64,000 bases of DNA from Raillietiella orientalis (Eukaryota): the NCBI GenBank assembly GCA_036172245.1, contig JAYWIR010000002.1, forward strand, positions 6,014,001 through 6,078,000. Direction: 5' to 3'. Under the pieces are notes generated by a model. That model saw only the letters and a program-made list of their open reading frames with translations. It did no database searches and was not told the origin of the DNA. Both the position numbers and the translations under genes were made by a program. Positions 63,601 to 64,000 of this stretch are shown one piece after another (the first letter of the stretch is position 1; each line of letters starts with the position of its first letter).

Positions 63601-64000
63601 TGGCAATTTTTAATAAATTATAAAAGATCAAAATAATCTCTGCAATACACTGTTTTTCCAAGAAAAGCAAAAACAATTTCAAAACAATTCTTTTTGTTGA
63701 TTAGCTCTAAAAGAGTGCATGCTTCAATGCACCTTATATTAACACCTATCGCACATGAGATCACCAAGTAATTTGATAAAAATAAAATACTTGTTTGAGA
63801 ACATTTTGAAATTAGAGCATTCAAAACTCTGTATTTGCCCCTAAATAAAAAAATAAGCTATTTTGACGCACATTTTTAACAGGTTTACAAAAAAGCAAAT
63901 AAAGAATAAATTACATATCCATATTGCAAAGTGGAAATTTTGCAACAAGCATGCTCTTAAAATCAAAATAGCTTCATATAGAATATGCTGTGAGAACATA

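Noticed and set aside
60684..64000. Further SAE1 exons
   Set aside because: I could not find convincing E1-like peptides; probably a long intron with the remaining exons outside the window or missed.

Overview
Eukaryotic (probably arthropod/invertebrate) nuclear DNA in two very different halves. About 1-44 kb is a GC- and CpG-rich graveyard of nested, heavily frameshifted transposon remnants: several DIRS-type tyrosine-recombinase retroelements, R1/I-like and Tx1/L1-like LINEs, two Penelope-like elements, a Copia, a possible BEL/Pao, a cecropia-type mariner with TIRs, a tRNA-derived SINE and MITEs. It also holds a 330-bp inverted repeat and one unidentified coding-like fragment. In the first ~30 kb most remnants lie on the minus strand. 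About 47-64 kb is AT-rich and holds three host genes with mostly 37-65 nt introns: CAMTA (+, 16 coding exons, 941 aa as modelled), Ssu72 (+, 5 exons, 193 aa) and the last two exons of SAE1/Aos1 (-). TE calls rest on degenerate motifs read by eye and have approximate boundaries. Gene models were checked by hand for splice sites and phase. I found no clearly new enzymatic system. The strongest leads are a possible piRNA/siRNA source locus and a uORF overlapping the CAMTA start codon.
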